From a virus (taxonomy: Duplodnaviria > Caudoviricetes), in the IMG/VR virus record IMGVR_UViG_3300020349_000003: a stretch of DNA of 64,000 nucleotides. The stretch is one strand, 5' to 3'. Positions within the stretch are counted from its first letter, which is position 1. The number at the start of each line of letters is the position of its first letter. The notes beneath the pieces were generated by a model that did no database searches, had not been told where the DNA came from, and saw nothing but the letters and a program-made list of their open reading frames with translations. Shown one piece after another: positions 41,801-51,921 of the stretch. The position numbers and the translations under genes were made by a program.

Positions 41801-43831
41801 TTAGAAACAACTAGAAGTGAGAGAACCTGTATTACCTATTGTCGATACTTCAACTAAGGTTGGTGCTTGGTTAAAGACCTTTGGTGTCAAACTATTTAGA
41901 GGTACAGTAGGAGGTGGTGTTGTACCAACTGGACTTACTGTGACTTCAGGATTTATAACATTAATTATTGTTCCAGGAGTAGATGCTGGAATAGTAGAAC
42001 TGTTAGAGGGTATAAACAGAGTTGGTAACTGCAAATCTGTTGGTAATAGTGTAGTGTCGATTACACTACCTGTGCCAGTAATAGCATCCGAAAGATTTAA
42101 ATTAGTAGATGATGGAACATTATCTCCAGCTCCTACTATATTAATCGGTCCTATACAAATATCACCAGTCTCATAATTTATAGAACCTGCGGAAGTATTG
42201 GTATATACCTTCTTATTTCCAGTGTTATAGAAGGTTCTTAACTTACCAAAACCATCATCTTCAAATTGTTGATCAACACCAGGTCTATCTGCTGTTCTAA
42301 AGTTACCAGATAGTATCACTGGTTCTTTTTTACAACCAGTAGTGTCGGTATCAACGTTACTTGGAGCACTATCATATAAGGTTGAACCTGTTGATATGCA
42401 ATAAGTATTAGTTTGATTGGTTTGAGGTTTGATATACTTCAAAAGTGAAGTTTGTACAGAAACATCACTAATTGCCTTATTAGATAAGGTAATTGCTTTC
42501 TGGAACTGCTGATTCCTAAATGTTGAGTTAAAGTTATTAATTTGAGTTTGAGTTGCCCAATCATTAACAGAAGTCTGTATATTGGTCTTAATTTCGGAAG
42601 TATTACTAGTTACCCCAGTATCATATAAAGCAAATACTTTAGGATAGATGTAAAGTTGGTCTGGGTCAATAACTACAGGGTCAATAGATGCCATTGCATA
42701 ACTTCTAAGATCTGCAGCAATACTTTTCTTAGTAGCATCATTCAGGGAAGAACCTGTCTTAGTTTTAATAGCAATATAAACCTTGCCGTAGATTGGAGGG
42801 TTTAATGAATCACCACCATATGCAATAACTGAATCTGCATTAGAATAGATCTTCTTAGTAATTACAGCATAATCCTGTGCTGTAACTGCTCTATATTGGG
42901 AAGAATAGTATCTGGGAGCCATATACTTGATAGACTCTACAGACTCGGAGGCAGACCCCTGTTGTGATTTTTCTTTTGTTGCTAGAGTAACATTTCCGTT
43001 TGGTGGTTTAATTCCAAGACTATCAGTTAGTTCTCCGATAAAAGTAAACTTTTGAACTTCATTTGCTTCAGAACCAGAAGTAACCAAATACTCTAGACCG
43101 ATAATTTCACCATCCTTAAGTTTTCTACCAACACTATCGTCACCAAACCTTATCTCATATCTTTGGTCTTCTCCTTCAGAAATAAAGTAAACCCTAGTTG
43201 CAGCAGTCAAATTAGTAACAGTATCAACTAAGTTATACAGATCTGATGTAGTAGATGCTTCGTTTGGTTTAACGGTTACTACTAGAGTGTTTATATCTGC
43301 ATCTTCAGCAGGAACTATGTAATTTTGATTCTTAAAACTACTCACAGTATACTCAAAGTCTACAATAGTTCCTTCATTAATCATAAGATTATCAAATTCA
43401 GCAATACCAGAGGTCGTATTAACCTCTACAGTAGTGTCGGAAAGGATATTCCATATAAAGTTACCCCCACTAGCTACAGGCCCCTTAGAGAGCGTTATAC
43501 TACTAGGATAAGCACCATTTGTCTGGGAGGTTTGAACATGCAATTTCAAACATGCCTTAGAGCATGTAATTGACCTTGGGACATAATTTAAAAGCTTTGC
43601 AACATTAACAATGTTATCTCGCAATGTCGCAGAAGGAAGAAATGCCTCATTCATGGACATATTAGCATTGAATGCACTATAATAAGTGTTATATGCTAAA
43701 GTATCGATAAGATAGGACAATCCTGACCCTTCAAAATCATAATCAGAAAACTCATTTCGAGTTCTCAAATAAGTTTTGATAGATGATTTAATATCATCAA
43801 AATCTAATGCTGTCAGATTATTCGGTTGCAT
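41801..43831 (-). CDS. gp6: Baseplate wedge subunit gp6
   Basis: LDFDDIKSSIKTYLR..EFSDYDFEGSGLSYLIDTLAYNTYY and RAVTAQDY motifs. Confidence 0.95.
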   Translation of the reverse strand: MQPNNLTALDFDDIKSSIKTYLRTRNEFSDYDFEGSGLSYLIDTLAYNTYYSAFNANMSMNEAFLPSATLRDNIVNVAKLLNYVPRSITCSKACLKLHVQTSQTNGAYPSSITLSKGPVASGGNFIWNILSDTTVEVNTTSGIAEFDNLMINEGTIVDFEYTVSSFKNQNYIVPAEDADINTLVVTVKPNEASTTSDLYNLVDTVTNLTAATRVYFISEGEDQRYEIRFGDDSVGRKLKDGEIIGLEYLVTSGSEANEVQKFTFIGELTDSLGIKPPNGNVTLATKEKSQQGSASESVESIKYMAPRYYSSQYRAVTAQDYAVITKKIYSNADSVIAYGGDSLNPPIYGKVYIAIKTKTGSSLNDATKKSIAADLRSYAMASIDPVVIDPDQLYIYPKVFALYDTGVTSNTSEIKTNIQTSVNDWATQTQINNFNSTFRNQQFQKAITLSNKAISDVSVQTSLLKYIKPQTNQTNTYCISTGSTLYDSAPSNVDTDTTGCKKEPVILSGNFRTADRPGVDQQFEDDGFGKLRTFYNTGNKKVYTNTSAGSINYETGDICIGPINIVGAGDNVPSSTNLNLSDAITGTGSVIDTTLLPTDLQLPTLFIPSNSSTIPASTPGTIINVINPEVTVSPVGTTPPPTVPLNSLTPKVFNQAPTLVEVSTIGNTGSLTSSCF

Positions 43832-44250
43832 TATCCAGCTCTTTGTAAAACAAATTTAACTTCTTCAACAATAGGTATGCCTACTACTTGGTATGATATC
43901 GTTACTGACAGTTTATTATTTCCTTTAAACGGAACAGCATTAACATCTCTAAGTTGTACTCTACTCTCATGTTGGTTAATGGTATTTATTATCTCACTCT
44001 TAATTGCGTCTACACTAAATGCATCTAAAGGTTCAAATAGCATAGCATATACTTGACAACCTATAGTAGGTTGAAATAATTTTTCACCTGGTGCAGTCAT
44101 TACCAGATTTCTGATAGACTGTTTTATAGCATTATCATTCTTGACAACAGATATGTCATCAGTGAATGGATTCTTACCGAAAGCCATACCAATATCATTA
44201 AATGACCTAGATTGTGCTAGATCTTTACTACTAATCGGTTTTAGTGCCAT
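43831..44250 (-). CDS. gp25: Baseplate wedge subunit gp25
   Basis: AIKQSIRNLVMTAPGEKLFQPTIG...ESRV motif; ATG 44250 preferred over TTG 44262. Confidence 0.9.
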   Translation of the reverse strand: MALKPISSKDLAQSRSFNDIGMAFGKNPFTDDISVVKNDNAIKQSIRNLVMTAPGEKLFQPTIGCQVYAMLFEPLDAFSVDAIKSEIINTINQHESRVQLRDVNAVPFKGNNKLSVTISYQVVGIPIVEEVKFVLQRAG

Positions 44251-44279
44251 TATCTTTAACAATAGGAGATACCCTATTG

Positions 44280-44921
44280 TTATTTATCGTGGATAACAGT
44301 CCTTTCAAAAGAAATATTAAATGAGAGACTTATTCTTTCATTATCAGTTGTATTAGTCTGAATACCATGCATCAACCATCCAGGAAATAACATTATGTTC
44401 CCTTCTTCGGGTTTATACTCATGACGAGGGGTTAAATTGGAAAATATCTTAGATGTACCTAAATGGGGGTTTGGAGTTTCAAAGAATAGATTTCCATCCT
44501 CTCCATTGGTCTTAATATAATAAACACCCGATATATCTGTAGCTCCATGATGATGTATATGTCCGTAATTACCTTTTTTAAATAATGAAAACCAAGATTC
44601 TGCAACGGAACAATTTCCATTATAATTCAAATATTGACAATAGTTTACGATATGTTTAGATAGTTCTTGAACAAATACATCCATTTGATGTTCTTTGACT
44701 ACATTCAATTTAAAGAATATATCAGACAAATAATGACTAGACCAACAAGGATTCATTTCAAATTCAGTCTTTTTCAAAGCACCGAACATTTCCTCTTGAA
44801 TATCATCAAAATTACTCACCTTAGCGGAATAGATGGGTGTTGGGTATAGATTTTGGATTACATCATCATTATTGATGATAAACCTATCACTTACATGAGC
44901 TGGATTTACATCAGGCATCAA
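44280..44921 (-). CDS. Putative 2OG-Fe(II) oxygenase (TIGR02466-like)
   Basis: HIHHHG..ISGVYY...LFPGWLMHG...RISLSFN. Confidence 0.85.
   Translation of the reverse strand: MMPDVNPAHVSDRFIINNDDVIQNLYPTPIYSAKVSNFDDIQEEMFGALKKTEFEMNPCWSSHYLSDIFFKLNVVKEHQMDVFVQELSKHIVNYCQYLNYNGNCSVAESWFSLFKKGNYGHIHHHGATDISGVYYIKTNGEDGNLFFETPNPHLGTSKIFSNLTPRHEYKPEEGNIMLFPGWLMHGIQTNTTDNERISLSFNISFERTVIHDK
44281..44287 (-). promoter_or_regulatory. T4-type late promoter (ATAAATA)
   Basis: 31 nt upstream of the gp25 ATG, overlapping the upstream stop. Confidence 0.65.
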
Positions 44922-45643
44922 CGATACCTTTTAGCGTATGTCATCTCTTCAATAAACCCTTTAATAGCACTAAGAACTAATTTCCTGAATGATACACTCG
45001 CTTCACCCTGTATCTCCTCAAACATGTACATATTCAACCTAAATGCATAATTTGCTTCTACTACTATAGCATTAACATCTCCTTGGTCAACATCAATCAT
45101 ATTATCCAAAACACTACGATATGATTGCTTAAACATCTTCTTATCAAGAATCTCAGGGAATTCATAGAAGTCTAGACCTCTATCAAGTAGACCTAGAGCA
45201 TTTTTAGCAATACCACCAAGAATAACACCACCAGACAGATCTCCCATGTATCTTGTATAATGATGTGCTATTAGTAGTTTAGGATTGTCGTTTGCTACTT
45301 CTTTAATGCGATTTACATACTGTTGAGTCGCTTCCGTGGGTGATATTTGCTCTTCCCAATTATCACCCCAAAAATACTTACAATCCGCAACTAACGCATC
45401 CTTTCTTGCCAAACCGTTTAATCTAATAGGTCCAACATATGGATCATCTTTAAGCCTTTCCATCTCAGACTCCATAGTCTGATACACAAAGTAAAAATTA
45501 GCAATTAATTGACGATAGTTACTCTCATTAACAACTCCCTTAAGAAATTGTTTGACAAAGGTAGTATTCTCTGCCATAGTGTGAGCCTTTTTTGTACCCA
45601 TCTTCAATTGTAAGGAAAATGGACCTTCTTGTAGTGTTGTCAT
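44918..45643 (-). CDS. ho1: Heme oxygenase (cyanobacterial Ho1-like auxiliary metabolic gene)
   Basis: TKKAHTMAEN (proximal His), HHYTRYMGDLSGG and EANYAFRLNMYMF motifs. Confidence 0.93.
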   Translation of the reverse strand: MTTLQEGPFSLQLKMGTKKAHTMAENTTFVKQFLKGVVNESNYRQLIANFYFVYQTMESEMERLKDDPYVGPIRLNGLARKDALVADCKYFWGDNWEEQISPTEATQQYVNRIKEVANDNPKLLIAHHYTRYMGDLSGGVILGGIAKNALGLLDRGLDFYEFPEILDKKMFKQSYRSVLDNMIDVDQGDVNAIVVEANYAFRLNMYMFEEIQGEASVSFRKLVLSAIKGFIEEMTYAKRYR

Positions 45644-45645
45644 AA

Positions 45646-47217
45646 TTATTCAAAAAATAAATTACCTGAAAGAACGTATCTACCATCAACAGGTGTTTCT
45701 GGTACTTTATGACTCATTCTGCCATCAAATAGAATCAATTTACCTTCAGCTGGTTCAATTTCTACATTATCATCTTTAAACATCAGTGGTGGACTACCTT
45801 CTGGGCAATTAATGTAATATGCAAAGGAACGTGTAGAAGTTCTATGATTATGCCAATCAATTCTTGTACCTTTATCATATCTAACACCCCAGATCTCCGC
45901 ATTAACTGGATACAGTCCATTAACTGCACTATGGTAATTTTCAGGAAATAGGACTAAACGCATCCAATTCCACAACTTCTCCACTTCAGGACATTGAACG
46001 TGTGCATCCCAACGAGTCATATGAGCTTTACACGCTTGTGGTCTAAATTCAAATAATGGTTCGTTATCAATCCACTCCATCATTCCTTTATTATCTCTTG
46101 CCCAAAATGGATATTCCCATTCATCAAGGAATGGTTCATAGTTAAGTGGCATTTCTTTCTTCCCTCCTCCTAATGGGGTGTTTCCTCTACGGTCTTTATC
46201 AGGGCTAAAATACTTATCAAAATCTGGTTGTTCAATGCTTATTTCATCAGTATGAGCAAATGCCTTTGAACTATATGACATTTTTGGTTGAAATGAGGAA
46301 ACTATAGGTGTAACTTCCTTTGGTTCTTTACCTTTAATCTCAACCTCATGTGCATATGTTATACACTGAGATATATCTCTACCAGAAGGTACTTTTCCAT
46401 GTATCTCTCGTTTAAATTGTACTTGCTGTTCACCATTGAAATCAACAACACGATTGAGATCTGTCGTTCTATATTCTTCAAGTTCAGGCTCTCTATGACT
46501 AATACTTCCTAAAATGGGAGGAGTCTCATAGAAATCCGTTTTAGTATCAAGAAATATGTTTCCAGATATACTAATTCTATCATCAGGACAATTATAAAAT
46601 GGATATACCGTATGTTTTAAACCAGATGGGAATAGTAATAGTGTATTTTCACGGGACTTATCCATTTTATAAAGATATCCCTGAACCTTACCTGCCATAT
46701 CCGTAAAAACGAATTCAAAGTCAGATATTACATTACCATTTCTATTCTGTCCAATAGGAAGATTATTCTGTTCTGTTGAATCTGTGGGAATCTTTAACCA
46801 AGCAACAAAACTATAAACACCAGCATGGTTGTGTACAGGATTGAATTCATGTTGTTTTTGGTAATTTACCCACCAATTATTCAAATAATATGGATGTTTC
46901 CCCTCAACAGGTACATGACGACCCATATTGTCGTAAGTATCAGCAAATTTATTACATAATGGATATAATGTAGTATCCCAAAAGATATTATCAATATCCT
47001 CTAATTTGTAACTGTTATCTATATGACCTACTAAAGTTCTAGTGTGAGTTGTTCCTTTCTGTTCAATACACTTCCAAATGTGGTCAACTTGGTGAGGTTG
47101 TAAATCAACCTCTAACCATCCTCCTACAGGAGGTGTTACTGCGGTAACAAACTCCCAATCCGTAGGAGTTCTCCTAGCAGTGTCTATGTATTCGTAAGGT
47201 TGAGGGTTTGTTTCCAT
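45646..47217 (-). CDS. Protein with two putative 2OG-Fe(II) oxygenase domains
   Basis: Two HNH...H...R-x-S sets: FNPVHNH..LFPSGLKH..RISISGN and DWHNH..LFDGRMSH..RYVLSGN. Confidence 0.8.
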   Translation of the reverse strand: METNPQPYEYIDTARRTPTDWEFVTAVTPPVGGWLEVDLQPHQVDHIWKCIEQKGTTHTRTLVGHIDNSYKLEDIDNIFWDTTLYPLCNKFADTYDNMGRHVPVEGKHPYYLNNWWVNYQKQHEFNPVHNHAGVYSFVAWLKIPTDSTEQNNLPIGQNRNGNVISDFEFVFTDMAGKVQGYLYKMDKSRENTLLLFPSGLKHTVYPFYNCPDDRISISGNIFLDTKTDFYETPPILGSISHREPELEEYRTTDLNRVVDFNGEQQVQFKREIHGKVPSGRDISQCITYAHEVEIKGKEPKEVTPIVSSFQPKMSYSSKAFAHTDEISIEQPDFDKYFSPDKDRRGNTPLGGGKKEMPLNYEPFLDEWEYPFWARDNKGMMEWIDNEPLFEFRPQACKAHMTRWDAHVQCPEVEKLWNWMRLVLFPENYHSAVNGLYPVNAEIWGVRYDKGTRIDWHNHRTSTRSFAYYINCPEGSPPLMFKDDNVEIEPAEGKLILFDGRMSHKVPETPVDGRYVLSGNLFFE

Positions 47218-47366
47218 TAACGTCCTTGACCTCTATACTTCTTCGCTTTAACGTTACGGGAAGTAGCACTTACTTTAGTGTTTTGAGACTTACCTTGACG
47301 GGTTTTCTTAGGTTTTGATGGGATGTAATCACCCGAATCATTCCATGCACCGCTTGCTTTTGCCAT
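47217..47366 (-). CDS. 49-aa basic protein (not in ORF track)
   Basis: MAKASGAWNDSGDYIPSKPKKTRQGKSQNTKVSATSRNVKAKKYRGQGR; fills the gap exactly, with a TAATG overlap. Confidence 0.8.
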   Translation of the reverse strand: MAKASGAWNDSGDYIPSKPKKTRQGKSQNTKVSATSRNVKAKKYRGQGR

Positions 47367-47368
47367 AA

Positions 47369-47914
47369 TTAAATTCCAATGTATACATTTGCACTACTAC
47401 CTGCAATTACAGACTTACAGGGATATTCAGTAGTTCCGTTACCCAAAGGGTCACCTACTCTTGCCACGTACTTACCGTTAATTCTAACGGACTTTGATGT
47501 GGCATATGCTTTACGTTTGTGTCCTGTAGCTGGTTCACGACCTGCTGCAGTACCTATAACGCAATGATAAGCTGGGGTTTGCTCTGTATTAGTGCAATCC
47601 TCATTTGCAGACTTAGTAGTATGCATAGTAGGTGTGGAATGAGGTATTAACTCATCACCATCTAGTATTGGTATTTTACCATTAATTACTACATTTGTCA
47701 CCTGGGTAGATGAATCAGGTAACTGTCTTTCTGGTGGCCACCAAGTTGTAGGATCCATCTCATCAACTGTCTTTGCAACAATACTACTATCCGTAGGAGA
47801 ATGAGGACAATTAGAAAGAGTGCCTCCACCAAACCCAGGATGATGTATTGAAGGTAAAGAAGTACCGTGTCCAGTACAACTTCCATTATATGTTGCTATA
47901 GATTGAGTAGTCAT
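47369..47914 (-). CDS. PAAR-domain spike tip protein (gp5.4-like)
   Basis: TGHG, NVVINGKIPILDGD..PH, SVRINGKYVARVGDPL and IAGSSANVYI motifs. Confidence 0.85.
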   Translation of the reverse strand: MTTQSIATYNGSCTGHGTSLPSIHHPGFGGGTLSNCPHSPTDSSIVAKTVDEMDPTTWWPPERQLPDSSTQVTNVVINGKIPILDGDELIPHSTPTMHTTKSANEDCTNTEQTPAYHCVIGTAAGREPATGHKRKAYATSKSVRINGKYVARVGDPLGNGTTEYPCKSVIAGSSANVYIGI

Positions 47915-50262
47915 GGTAGATATTCTCCCGTATTAAATGGATTGCCGTACTCTGTAATTGCGTCCTTCCAGACATTAGCAGATTTTGTCAAAGAATTGTA
48001 CATAGGTAGCGTTCCAGTAGCATTCCATGTTTGACATCCAGATCCAAGAAGCGGTGACATAGTGTATGTAGTAACGGTATTTCCGCTAGTATTATCAACA
48101 TTACCTGTATTAGGAGCACTACATCCTATATGTCCACACCCAGTATTAACAGGTGTGCATGATAATGCGACATTAATGTCTACTTTCTTGGTTGCATCAG
48201 CTCTATATTGACGCATATGGTATTTAGTGTAGTTAGAAGCATGAGGTAAACCGCTAAAACGCCCTTGTACAGTGGTAACCATGCGTTCACGGTTAACAGC
48301 ATACGCAGGAACTGACGCTTGTGTTATATCTTCTATGTCTTGTAACCGCATTTCTTTGTTACGATCCTTTTCATGCACCAATACATCACCAAACCAGGCG
48401 GGATATATGTCACCTACATGCACTAATGAGTAATTAACTGCGAATCTTGCGTCAAATTCCTCCATAGTTGTACTCTTATAGTGATATTGAGGTACTTTTT
48501 GCACTCTATTCAGATCTGGGTCTTGTTTTAGAGTGATTCTTGGTGCATAATTGACCTCGGCTTGTTCTCTAGGGTGCCGTAACCAACAATCTGCTACCTT
48601 ATTAAGCATCTCGGTATCCGTTCCACCAGGTATTGAGTTAAGAATGTTCTGAAAATCACTAACATCAGTATCTCTATACGCTGCATTCTGTATTCTATCA
48701 ATCTCTTCCTTATAAATGTTCTGCACATATGGTCGTGGTAGAGGTGTTTGAGTATATCCAGACCCTCCACGACTAACCTTGACTGCAGTAAGCACTCCAT
48801 TAGTCCATGCTGGCTTAAGTTCTGCCTGTGTTCCACTAACAGCATAGGGTGGAGGTACTATAAGATCTGGTTCTCTACCGTATTGGTTCCATCCAGACCC
48901 ACCATCTACTAATGTAACACCAGTCAAAATACCATTCGTAATGGTCACATCAATAACAGGTGGCACAAGTAGATTATATGTGTCTGGAGCGTTTTGATCA
49001 ACGTCTGCAGGTACATATTGCACTGATTTGTCCAAAAATTCGTAAAATCCGACTAAAATTGCCCTATCTGGCACCATATAACCAGCTTTTACCGTAATAA
49101 CGTGCGATCTATTGCTAGTATACTGCGTTTCTTTAGCAAAACTGCTCCCATTTCCATCAATATAGGCAATATGGTAAGGAAAATTGTCTAAATCGGTGTG
49201 AAATACCCTCTTAACTGTATGTCCATTAATAGTATCACCAGAACGTAAAACATCGAATCCTTCTTGCCCTTCTGTTGCTTGGTACGCTTGTACTGTCTTT
49301 ACTTTTAAATTTAAGTTTAGTACGGAGGTACTATTATCAGGGTGAGTGTGAGTATACTCTAAGGTAAACGTTTGACCAGCACTATACCCTACTCCTGGTG
49401 ATAAGATCTCTGAAATAGTCCACGAGGTACCTGAGAATGTTGTGGTTGCCCCACTATCGTCATATACTGCCTTAATTCTTGCCTTTACACTGAAACCTGT
49501 GGACGCTCCCGAATTTAGGGTAAAGATTTTAAAGTCATCAAAGAACTCATCCCCTGCCATATAAGGATTATCACCAGAAACGTACTCTGTACCGACTACA
49601 GTGTTCTCGTTCCATACGTCAGTCCATGTGGTTCCGTCGTCAGAGACCTCAAAATCAGAAACTCCATTAGGTAACGTGGTTGAAAGCGAGTTATAACTGA
49701 ATACAACCTTCTTACTAAGGGTTCCTATTGAAAATAGAGTTGGATGAGGGCAGTCGGGGTCGGCACACCCACATTCAGCAGCACCAGGTACATCATAAGT
49801 TAATGTGGTTGTCGCAGGGGTGCATGAAAACGCCCCACAAGGGTAGCAAGTGTCTGTAGATGAACTTGCACCTGTTTGAGTGTTTGTGACGTTCTCAGTC
49901 TCTATATGGTAGCAAGGAGTGCCTACTACACCTGCATCGTTTGAGGTGTCATACAGATAGGAGAACCATGTATCTGAGAAACCGTGGTCATATGATAGAC
50001 CCTCTGGGTAATAATCGAAATATAACGTCTCACCACATGCTGACTTAGTATACTTACCACAATTCGCTACACTACTTCCACTCAATGCGATAGATGGGTA
50101 CATTACTGTAGACCCATCTCTTCCAGGGATGTTATAAGCACCTCCCCTTATCGCATTAGTTGGATATTCTTTAAATTCTACAAGAGTAACTCCTTCTCCT
50201 GTTCCAGGTTCAAACCTTTCACAGGAATTGGAACTACAATCATTCTGTGGGTTGCACCCCAT
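47911..50262 (-). CDS. Cys-rich putative virion structural protein
   Basis: 783 aa; Cys clusters at both ends; GGSGW/GGSGY repeats like those in the baseplate proteins; coupled to PAAR. Confidence 0.65.
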   Translation of the reverse strand: MGCNPQNDCSSNSCERFEPGTGEGVTLVEFKEYPTNAIRGGAYNIPGRDGSTVMYPSIALSGSSVANCGKYTKSACGETLYFDYYPEGLSYDHGFSDTWFSYLYDTSNDAGVVGTPCYHIETENVTNTQTGASSSTDTCYPCGAFSCTPATTTLTYDVPGAAECGCADPDCPHPTLFSIGTLSKKVVFSYNSLSTTLPNGVSDFEVSDDGTTWTDVWNENTVVGTEYVSGDNPYMAGDEFFDDFKIFTLNSGASTGFSVKARIKAVYDDSGATTTFSGTSWTISEILSPGVGYSAGQTFTLEYTHTHPDNSTSVLNLNLKVKTVQAYQATEGQEGFDVLRSGDTINGHTVKRVFHTDLDNFPYHIAYIDGNGSSFAKETQYTSNRSHVITVKAGYMVPDRAILVGFYEFLDKSVQYVPADVDQNAPDTYNLLVPPVIDVTITNGILTGVTLVDGGSGWNQYGREPDLIVPPPYAVSGTQAELKPAWTNGVLTAVKVSRGGSGYTQTPLPRPYVQNIYKEEIDRIQNAAYRDTDVSDFQNILNSIPGGTDTEMLNKVADCWLRHPREQAEVNYAPRITLKQDPDLNRVQKVPQYHYKSTTMEEFDARFAVNYSLVHVGDIYPAWFGDVLVHEKDRNKEMRLQDIEDITQASVPAYAVNRERMVTTVQGRFSGLPHASNYTKYHMRQYRADATKKVDINVALSCTPVNTGCGHIGCSAPNTGNVDNTSGNTVTTYTMSPLLGSGCQTWNATGTLPMYNSLTKSANVWKDAITEYGNPFNTGEYLP

Positions 50263-50911
50263 CTGTCTTACCTTCTAGTGAATCCAATCTCTTGTTTATT
50301 GCTCCTATAAGGAAACTTAAACCTTGAAATTGCTGTTCCATACCAATCACCCTTGACTGAATTACTCCATCAAGTCTTGCTTCAAATGAATCCATCTTAC
50401 TATGTAAAGCATTGAAATTCTCTTCCAATGTCATAAACTGTTTAGTACCTTCATTACTGATTAAAAACTCTTGTAATATTCTTTCAGGTCTCTCCATTTC
50501 ACCAAGATACTTCTCCATACCCTCTAGACGTTTATGAAGTACTTCGATACATTGGTTAAGAGCAACGTGTGCTTCTTGGTTGTCATCTAGACAGTACTTA
50601 ATCCATTCCCAATCTATTTCATCACCTTCTGTACTATTAGGTATAGGAACGTCTACTCTAGCAGATCCTTTCATAAGGTCATCCAAGAAATCATCAATTT
50701 GTTCTCTCTTATCTAATTCCATTGCTGTGCCTATACCACCCTTCTGTATCTTATCCAGATCTGGAGGTAGGTCTTCTTCTGTTAATTGACTATCATAAGG
50801 AGTTCCCATCTCCTCTTTTGCTGCTTTTAAGTGTGCTTGATATTCTTCATCATCTTGTTTGTCAAGTTCTGTAGGATTGTCCCCAGTGAGAAATGGTGAT
50901 TCTTCAGTCAT
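50240..50911 (-). CDS. Acidic coiled-coil hypothetical protein
   Basis: 223-aa ORF in the operon. Confidence 0.7.
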   Translation of the reverse strand: MTEESPFLTGDNPTELDKQDDEEYQAHLKAAKEEMGTPYDSQLTEEDLPPDLDKIQKGGIGTAMELDKREQIDDFLDDLMKGSARVDVPIPNSTEGDEIDWEWIKYCLDDNQEAHVALNQCIEVLHKRLEGMEKYLGEMERPERILQEFLISNEGTKQFMTLEENFNALHSKMDSFEARLDGVIQSRVIGMEQQFQGLSFLIGAINKRLDSLEGKTDGVQPTE

Positions 50912-51062
50912 CTTTTAATAATTTAAGTGAGTTTTCATCTATACTATAATTTAGCACTTCTCCAACCTCCCAATTTAGTTCGGAGTATACCTCTTCTGGG
51001 ATATACATGAAGAGATCTCCATATTCATCCTCTTCTACGTTTATTGTAAATCTCTTGGACAT
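50904..51062 (-). CDS. 52-aa AbrB/MazE-like swapped-hairpin protein (not in ORF track)
   Basis: MSKRFTINVEEDEYGDLFMYIPEEVYSELNWEVGEVLNYSIDENSLKLLKDD; IPxE...LxWxxG pattern. Confidence 0.65.
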   Translation of the reverse strand: MSKRFTINVEEDEYGDLFMYIPEEVYSELNWEVGEVLNYSIDENSLKLLKDD

Positions 51063-51065
51063 ATT

Positions 51066-51281
51066 TCATAAGCGATTAATTTGTGTATTTGGATCAGGTG
51101 TACTATTCTTCCATCTTTCCCATAAGGTATATAGTTCCTTCAAATCTTTGGATATACCTTCTGTTAGGGCATGGTCTGCACAAGCATACATCCGAGTTTC
51201 TAAGTGCCCTTCTTTGCGTATCAATTGCTCTAAGCACCATGTTCTGTCATCTTGATAATCTTGGAAAAACTCTGGAGTCAT
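51066..51281 (-). CDS. Hypothetical protein
   Basis: 71-aa ORF, first gene after the non-coding junction. Confidence 0.7.
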   Translation of the reverse strand: MTPEFFQDYQDDRTWCLEQLIRKEGHLETRMYACADHALTEGISKDLKELYTLWERWKNSTPDPNTQINRL

Positions 51282-51475
51282 GTTTTTGTACTGGGAAAAT
51301 TTTTTAAATATTTTTATATATCACTTGCTCTTGGGAACCTTTGTAGGTTAGGGTAGTTTGCTTTTTAATATAACGGCCCCCATCAAGACCGAGAACCCCC
51401 ATGAACACTGCGATTTGGGCGGAGTTCTTTACATTTAATAACCTATTAAACTGTCCTGAGTGTTACATAGGCATG

Positions 51476-51503
51476 AAAAAGGGAGTGCTTGGTTAACACT
51501 CCC
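51476..51503 (-). terminator. Intrinsic terminator closing the early region
   Basis: GGGAGTG-ttaaccaag-CACTCCC-TTTTT. Confidence 0.85.
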
Positions 51504-51512
51504 ATTCTAACA

Positions 51513-51743
51513 TTATGCTGCTAGATTGTCAAGAACTGACTGCTCAATCTCTGTGACGTTTGTAACACTTCCTAACCACTTATTGATGTGCCTAGATGTT
51601 GTTACAGACCAGAATTTAGATGTTCTAACATAACCTTCAGAAGGTAAATATGCTGCAACTGGTGTTCTATAACTGAAGAAGATTTGTGTTCCGTCGTTAA
51701 TAGTAACTTCGTTCTGATTAGCAGCGATAGGTGTTAGTTTCAT
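51513..51743 (-). CDS. Small phage early protein
   Basis: 76 aa; FFSYRTPVAA...WSVTTSRHINKW; has its own promoter and terminator. Confidence 0.8.
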   Translation of the reverse strand: MKLTPIAANQNEVTINDGTQIFFSYRTPVAAYLPSEGYVRTSKFWSVTTSRHINKWLGSVTNVTEIEQSVLDNLAA

Positions 51744-51774
51744 TTAGGATTAATCCTTTGTTTGTTACTCTCTT

Positions 51775-51832
51775 ATTATAACCCCTCAGAGGGTGCTTAC
51801 AACAACCTGTGTGCCACTTTGTCTACTGTCAC
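51775..51832 (-). promoter_or_regulatory. Early promoter with 22-bp box (copy 1)
   Basis: Box gtgccactttgtctactgtcac at 51811-51832; TATAAT 30 nt downstream. Confidence 0.8.
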
Positions 51833-51891
51833 ACCCTAAGTGTTACTTAAGGGCAAAGATCTGTCATGGGTTTCTGTTACCTCTCAAGGTA

Positions 51892-51921
51892 ATTATAGCA
51901 TGATTTGTTATAATCTGTCAA
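51892..51921 (-). promoter_or_regulatory. Consensus sigma70 promoter
   Basis: TTGACA-18 nt-TATAAT with extended TG. Confidence 0.8.
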
